A DNA stretch of 64,000 nt from Octopus vulgaris (Eukaryota). Shown piece after piece: positions 56,221 through 64,000 of the stretch. Each line of letters opens with the position of its first letter. The first letter of the stretch is position 1. The DNA is taken from NCBI GenBank assembly GCA_951406725.2, contig OX597816.1, positions 49,786,001 to 49,850,000 on the forward strand, read 5' to 3'. Position numbers and translations under genes: made by a program. Under the pieces are notes generated by a model. The model saw only the letters and a list, made by a program, of their open reading frames with translations, was not told the origin of the DNA and did not search any database.

Positions 56221-56657
56221 CTGTCTGTACATAGTACTACCCTAATTCTCTATATGAGTTCTAGAATACCTAATGTGTATTTTAAATGCTAAGTGCAGTT
56301 GGTCATTTAGCTACGATAGAGTCCCGTTTATTTGTGTACGATTGCCTGTAATTCTTTTGAGTGCAGGAAAAAATGGCAGTGCAATCTCTGCGATATTTGT
56401 TCCGAATCTTCACGTCCAGTGTATAAATTCCATCAGGGCCAGATTGGCAGACATACTTAATCCATCACCTAGTTTAGCTTCACAACCTTTATTTAAACTT
56501 AGTTTGTTGCAATTATTTTGGTCAAATCTCTGCTTTGAGGATACGTGCAATCCTTCCTCTATTTAATCTCGGAGGAACGAAAATGGGTCATGGGGAAATG
56601 CTTTCTTTCCTGACTAACCTATAAAAAAACAAATAATCAAAAGAAATAATACACGTT

Positions 56658-57232
56658 TAGGCGGCGAGTTGGCAGGAAATGCTTAGTGGTATATCGTCTG
56701 CGGTTACGTTGTCAATTCAAATTCCGCCGAGGTCGATTTGTCTTTCATCCTTTCGGGGGTCGATTAAATAAGTACCAGTTACATACTGGGGTTGATGTAA
56801 TCTACTTAATCCACTTGTCTGTCCTTGTTTGTCCCCTCTGTGTTTAGCCCCTTGTGGATAGTAAAGAAATAGGTATTTTGTCTGCAGTTACATTCTGAGT
56901 TCAAATTCCGCCGAGGTCGACTTTGCCTTTCGGGGTCGATAAATTCAGTACCAGTTTCGCACTGGGGTCAATGTAATACACTTAATCCGTTTGTCTGTCC
57001 TTGTTTGTCTTCTCTGTGTTTAGCCCCTTGTGTGTAGTAAAGAAATAGGTATTTTGTCTGCCGTTACGTTCTGAGTTCAAATTCCGCCCAGGTCGACTTT
57101 GCCGTTCATCCTTTCGGGTGTCGAGAAAATATGTACCAGTTACGCACTGGGTTCGATGTAATCGACTTAATCCCTTTGTCTGTTCTTGTTTGTCCCCTCT
57201 ATGTTTAGCTCCTTGTGGGCAAAAAAAAGAAA
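56658..57232 (+). mobile_element. SINE family 2, head-to-tail trimer (about 175-210-bp units)
   Basis: One head (GGCGGCGAGTTGGCAG) is followed by three bodies. Each body ends TTTAGCCCCTTGTG..AAAGAAA, and units restart at GGTATTTTGTCTGC (about 56872 and 57048). Confidence 0.9.
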
Positions 57233-57589
57233 CTATACGGGTTATTGCGTGCTTGTTGATAAGTATTTTTTTTTCCATTTTATAAATCATTGCTTTACTT
57301 AAATCATGTAGATTTCTACTATTTAGATTTTACATAGCTCTATGTGTTACACAAGCAAAAAGTAATTCTTACATTTGTATCCTTCCGAAATCAGACGTAC
57401 TTTTCTTATAATATATGAGACAAAATATGTCTTAGATAATAACTGAGACTCATTCTATATGAAAAAGTTCGTAGATAGCATTAAGTTTCTAGATTTTTCA
57501 TTATAAATTAGATTAATCGAGAAATAATACATTAGCTTGAACATAGTTATTTCTCAGCATAGAAGTTCTAATGTAATCGTGCTATCTTA

Positions 57590-57800
57590 AGGCGCAAGCT
57601 GCAAGGATCGTTACCGCACCGGTCAACAATTTTTTGTGGCATTTCTTTAAGTTTTGTGCTGAAATACCTACGGAGTCGACTTTACAATTCATCCTTTCGG
57701 GGTCAGGAAAATACATACCAGTTGAGCGCTGCGGCCAATATAATCGACTAATCTCCTCCCCTGAAATTGCTGGCTGTGTGCCAATATTTAAAATCACTAT
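57590..57800 (+). mobile_element. Diverged SINE related to family 2
   Basis: Contains the body GTCGACTTT..TTCATCCTTTCGGGGTC and the tail CCCCTGAAATTGCTGGCTGTGTGCCAA. A similar tail lies at about 54255-54325. Confidence 0.65.
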
Positions 57801-58779
57801 AATCGTGTCATATCAACTTTTATTTGAGTTTGTTCGTATTTCTAGATTATTGTGATTATATTTTGTTCAAAACACTGAATATAATATTATATTCCAAAAT
57901 TAGGTTTTTCAAAAAATTTGATATTTGTAATATCCAGCAAGCCGGAGTTTCTCGTTTCATCAATTAGTTTACTACTAATACCAATAAATGAAATTGAATA
58001 TGTAAAATATTGCATTAAAGATTCTTTGTGAATAAACAAATAACAAAACCCTGATTGCTAAAACTATGAAACGTCTACAAATATTGAGAAATTGCGCAGT
58101 AAAAATCAGATACTCTAATTTATTTTACATTTTGAAATCTGTTCATATTCGTTTGAAATTATATGCAACATACGTATCATAAAATAAAATATGCTAAATA
58201 ATATTCATGTAAGAAAATATTTAAAATAAATTTATTGGCATCCATATGCTGCCGCTAAGGAGAATCATAAAATTCAGCTTTAAAAAAAGCTGAAAATATA
58301 TACACAAATATTTAGAAATTATTGTCCCGAGATAGAATTACCAAATACCAAGAAATGCATTATTTTATAACATATATTCGACAACAGCCATAGATATTTG
58401 CATAGTGGGAATATCAAAGGGAAATTTTAATGTTATTAATAATCTATTGAATATAAACTTCCATTATGCAAAATATAATACATATCGCTAAGATTCTAGC
58501 ATACATAACGCCTACTTTCCTCCGTGTGTTTGTGTGTGTAAGCTTGTGTATATGTTGACACGTGTGTGCATGTGTATATATATCTATATATATATATATG
58601 GAAAAAAGTCAAGATAGAAAATGCTAAATTAATTTTATAAAAAAACATTTCAGTACCAGTTTCAGGCACTGTGACTTTTTCAACTGTAAGAATTAAATAA
58701 TTAAATTGAGAAAAATTAAAAGAAAAGTTTTTTTAAAAGAATATTTGTATTATATTTTCCTTGTTTCTGCCTGTCTCTG

Positions 58780-59246
<467 letters not shown>

Positions 59247-59298
59247 TGTGTGTGCACACATAGATTACTATGGTATGAGTTACACCTCCAAATAGCTG

Positions 59299-59305
59299 AT
59301 TATTA

Positions 59306-59375
<70 letters not shown>

Positions 59376-59388
59376 CATCATCATTATT
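59299..59388. repeat. (ATT)n/(ATC)n microsatellite
   Basis: Seen directly. Confidence 0.95.
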
Positions 59389-59580
59389 CAGTTGGTTCCT
59401 CGACGATCCCTGTACTTAGAAGCGTTACTAGTTGTAAAGTGCACAGAATGCGAAGTCAAAATTCTGATCAGCATGTGTATAAACATTTAGACCCTTCGTA
59501 CCTTGCACAATTTTAGTTAATCATCCAATAACGAGTTCCAAATAACGGCAGGACCTACATTGAATATTCATACTGTTGTC

Positions 59581-59621
<41 letters not shown>

Positions 59622-61592
59622 CATACATACACACACACATACACATACATACACACATACACACAGATATATATATATACATTAATATTTAGCACTTCAA
59701 CGATATAGTGAGTATACGAGTATAATCTAGAGGCTATGTGAGCCATGCATAACCTTTTAAATAAGTTTTGCTGTGCTTCTTTCTTAATATAAGATTTGAA
59801 AATAATAGGAATAACAATATTTATAAAAATATGTATAACTCTGGTCTTCTATTCGTATAACTTCTTGGAAACTTGAAACTGAAAACATCCTAAGTTTATG
59901 ACTCATTGAACAAAAATAGTTTCAGATATTTTCACAATATGGTTAAGTACATACAAGTTGCATACGCAATAAGAAATATCGATGTAGGAATGCATCAACT
60001 CATCAAATCAATTTGCCCAGAGAGAGAAAGAGACTTACTTCAGATCAGAAATGCGAGCTTGTCAATATTCCCTCAATATATTCTGATATAAATGTTTGAT
60101 AAATGGTTTTATAGATCACATATGTTATTTTGTATATGTATAATACAGTCAGCTGCATACCCTCAAGACACACAGTAAGTCTCTCAGCCGAATGAAATGT
60201 AGCTGTTGATATTGAGTACCAGAGACAATTGTCTTTAGAAAACATTTTCTAAACTATAATTACATAGAAGTTATATTGATTTATAGTAAAACATTGTTAT
60301 CTTGTCATCCATATAAAAAAATGAGTTGTATATTAAATGTATGACAGTCATTCAACACCAGGTGCTAAAATTACCAAACTAGTAAACGAAAACATATCGT
60401 CGTATTTCTATCATGAAAATATCACACAACAAGAGGGAAACATATGTTTAGCAATTCTTTGTTACAGAAAAGAATGACGAAAATGATTAAAAGCCCATAA
60501 ATTTGAAAGCAAGAGCTGAATGAATTTTGCAAATGCCACCTTACAATTGCTCCGTTTTTAGTACGTGTCCAGTATCATCTATCTCCTCTTAGCCATGTCG
60601 TTAAATGACGTGAATAATGGAGCTAAACTCACATTATTGTAATCAATAGCATAGTCACCGACGATATTTATATAATATTTACATAATTTATTTAAACAGT
60701 ACCAGATAGTGCAATATAGATTTAAATGAATATGTACATGGTTATTTTTGTCTTAGAAAATCGTATCATGTTTTATCGATAAAGAAAAATGGAAAAAATG
60801 ATTGACTACGTTATAATTTAACACCATATAATATGAGAGGCAACAAACTGTATACTATACTGCAACGTCTAGCCCATTGCTGCATGTGCATATTTGTATA
60901 ACTTTCTGGTTGAAACTATTGGAATATCGAACATTTGTATTAGTTTCTCAATTTAATTATATCTAGGAGTATATGTCTACGCCGACCACTCGTTTAAGCA
61001 TATAAAATAGGTCTGCATAGCAATACGGTTTTGTAGAAAAAGTTAATGTAATCGCTCAATTAAACATTTAATAGTCCTGAGCTAACAATGCCTCAGCCAC
61101 CAGTTTGTGGTTCATATCACTTTTCTGATCTTCCCACTCGCTACAAAACTATGATAAGTGATGTTCGAAAGCACAAGTTCAGCCAGTTCTTAAACAGAAA
61201 TATGCAGAAAAATTTTATTGAACAATAGTGCATCTATAATGGCGCTGATGATTATAATATTCCATCTGCAATGTTAATATGTGAATCTATATGTTCCTAT
61301 ACAAATAGATTTTACTACTGATACTTTCTGTTCAAATAAAGCATTAATCAAGTAAAAGAAGACAATCCAAACGAAACTGAATGGCAAATATATGGAAAAT
61401 GATTCAGTAAGTTTCAGTTTATTCCGTATATTCACATCATCAGAGGTTAGAATATAAGCATATAACAATTTACAGCACACATAGAGTAAATTACACTGTT
61501 CCTGGAAACGGAAACATATGTACATAACTCGCATTTGCATAAATATATAGACACACACACACACACTCACACCAACGCACATAGCCACACCT

Positions 61593-61634
<42 letters not shown>

Positions 61635-61640
61635 ATATTC

Positions 61641-61950
61641 TTGGCCATGTTAGAGCACCGCCTGTAGTCGAGCAAATTGACACCAAGACTTATTCTTTGT
61701 AAGCCTAGTACTAATTCTATCGGTCTCTTTTGCCGAACCGCTAAGTTACGGGGTCGTAAACATACCAGCGTCGGGTATCAAGCAATGGTGGAGGAACAAA
61801 CACGGATACACAAACATAGACACACACACACATACATATATATAAATGCATATGCATTTATACGACGGGCTTCTTTCAGTTTTCGTTGGTCGGCCCGCGG
61901 GTATATTAGAAGACACTTACCTAAGGTGCCACGCAGTGGGACTGAACCCA
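61641..61950 (-). mobile_element. SINE family 1, truncated at both ends
   Basis: Runs from GGCCATGTTAGAGCACCGCC to GTGCCACGCAGTGGGACTGAACCC, homologous to 52365-52793. Confidence 0.88.
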
Positions 61951-62949
61951 AATCCTTTTAGCAAAGTGATAAGCAAACTCGATGACTAGGTTCCGTTTCG
62001 TTTCTTAATCTCTTCAACAAGGTATAATCCTAATCGGTTAGAGTAATCAAAACATGTAAAACTTATAATATACACGACTGGTTGGTTATGTTACATCAAC
62101 GCGGAATAAAATATACTTCCTCACATATTGTATTTACGTATTTGGGAGTATGATCATTTGCCCTTTTGTTGGAATGCGAGGAAAAAATAAATTTTGACCA
62201 AAAATAAAAATAAAAATCTAAATTATTTTTCTTGGACATATAACAATTCCATGAATAGGTTGATTACATCCAATATTTCTAATTCGTTTCTCCAAATATA
62301 TTTCTTCAAAACCATATTGATTTGAATGTAGCGTGTGACGAAAGGATGGGTGAACAACGTAACACGGATTGTATTATATAGATTTACAGAGATAATTTAT
62401 TAGTGAAAAATTCTGTTGATACGATGACAGGTGAGTGTGAATTTGAAAGCTATTTTTAATGATACGAGGGAACACGTACGAGCACTTTTCTTGGCTGAAA
62501 ATTAGAATATATATTCACGGACTCAAAATACCCAGAAGTTATTATTTATGGAATAATTGATTTTTACCATTGAGAGAGAGATAACATTTAAGTACGTGGT
62601 AATTCAAGAAGATGAAGGAAAATATATTTTGGGAATTAGTCCCTTTAAACGATTTCATTTGAAATTTTCCCGGCATTAATTTAAGAAAAAATAATCGTAA
62701 AAATAGGTTTTTCTAAAAGGTATTTCCATTATAGGAAACATCTTTTTAAGGGTATTTCCATCAAAAGTAGGAAAGAAACCAGCGTCGGGTAGAACAATTA
62801 ATTATATCAATCCCTACACTTTCTAATCAAAATATTAATTTACTCTTTCTGTTTTTCATTCATAAACACGCGCGTGCACACACACGCACAACGTGTGTAT
62901 GCGTCTATGCCTGTATTTGCATATAAGTATTTGGGCGTTACGTAAATAC

Positions 62950-63231
62950 TGGAGCTCATGAAATGATGTCTTTCGCTTGGCGTTGTGAAAGACATTTAGC
63001 CTTCAAATGACGCCACCCCGCTGTCTAAGCGAGCAGACCAACAGAAGAAAGGGTGAGAGAAAGTTGTGGCGAAAGAGTATAGCAGGGTTAGCCACCACCC
63101 GCTGCTGGAGCCTCGTGGAGCATTTAGGTGTTTTAGCTCAATAAACACTCACAACGCCCGGTCTGGGAATCGAAACCGCCATCCTACGACCGCGAGTCGG
63201 CTGCCCTTACCACTGGGCCATTGCGCCTCCA
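62950..63231 (-). mobile_element. tRNA-derived SINE (family 5)
   Basis: tRNA-like head GGAGGCGCAATGGCCCAGTGGTAAGGGCAG..GGTTTCGATTCCC, followed by a non-tRNA body. Confidence 0.8.
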
Positions 63232-63434
63232 GTTGTCTATATAGATATGGATATATTAATGTATGTGTAGTAATGATTATCATTATATTTTTTGCAGTGA
63301 AAAGATTATCTGTATAGAATTCAGTACGCTGGTTAGATTTGATAGATATAATATTTACATCAGAACTCTAATCTGAGTTTCGCCCCGCGCTAGGCTATTC
63401 AAGACTGTTCTGGACAGCCCGATCTGGAACTATA

Positions 63435-63722
63435 CTCAGAGTATCAACGGAACAGCCTGTTCGTAAAATTAACGCGCAAGTTTGTGGGCACTCCACAGAC
63501 ACGGGTACCCTTAACATAGTTTTCATGGAGATTCAGTGTGGCACAGAATGTGACAAGAATGGGCCTTTGAAATACAGGCAAAACTCATTTTGCCAGCTTT
63601 GTGGGATATAGCAACATGTAATAAAATTTCTTGCTCAAGGACAAAAAAACATCACCAGGAATTGAACTCACGATCTTACGATTGTTAACCGAACATCCTA
63701 ACAATTAAACCACACGCCTTCA
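63435..63722 (-). mobile_element. tRNA-derived SINE family 4
   Basis: Head GAAGGCGTGTGGTTTAATTGTTAGG..GTGAGTTCAATTCC, then TTGTCCTTGAGCAAG. The body is shared with 41690-41858. Confidence 0.8.
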
Positions 63723-64000
63723 TACTCAGAGTATACTATCGCACTTTAATACACAGACATATATACATATATATGTGTGTATGAAGGGGTGTGTGTATGT
63801 GACCATATTAATGTTTATACATGTAAATGCACATACAATATACATACTATATGAATGAAGAATACTTAGCATTGGAGTATTTGGGTCATTATTTAAATTT
63901 GTAACATGATTTAAACACACTGTTTTAAATTTAATAGTAAATCTATTATTTACAAACTGATAGTCAGCTCGGTGACTCGCACTTTACTGGGCAGTTCTCG

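Noticed and set aside
56658-57232. Regular repeats superficially like a CRISPR array
   Set aside because: Units are about 180 bp SINE bodies without unique spacers, in a eukaryotic context with no cas genes.

Overview
Eukaryotic, very AT-rich genomic DNA with no host gene that I can support. The SINE families and microsatellite load strongly suggest a coleoid cephalopod (Octopus-like); this is from recall and is not verified. Bases 1-25.5 kb are a giant (TA)n/(TA,TG,CA)n field with a 100-N gap at 9286-9385. It holds six copies (about five independent insertions) of two CR1/L2-group LINE families, each with both junctions directly in (TA)n, plus a decayed Penelope-like (GIY-YIG) element and two intact-looking type I hammerhead ribozymes. 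One ribozyme defines a 490-bp tandem unit. A Tc1 element with long TIRs closes the field. Bases 27-64 kb are ordinary intronic or intergenic sequence with many tRNA-derived SINEs, mariner/MITE relics and an R4/Dong-type RLE retrotransposon abutting a (TAA)n array. The main observations are: (1) an apparent (TA)n-microsatellite-targeting LINE system; (2) a covarying two-hairpin 3' RNA element shared by both LINE families and the dominant SINE; (3) a hammerhead-bounded 490-nt retrozyme/pLTR-like unit whose stem II carries a 19-bp GU-rich hairpin. Nearly all listed long ORFs (YIYI...) are microsatellite artefacts. The sequence left of the gap looks error-rich and partly duplicates 21.3-24.2 kb in inverted orientation.
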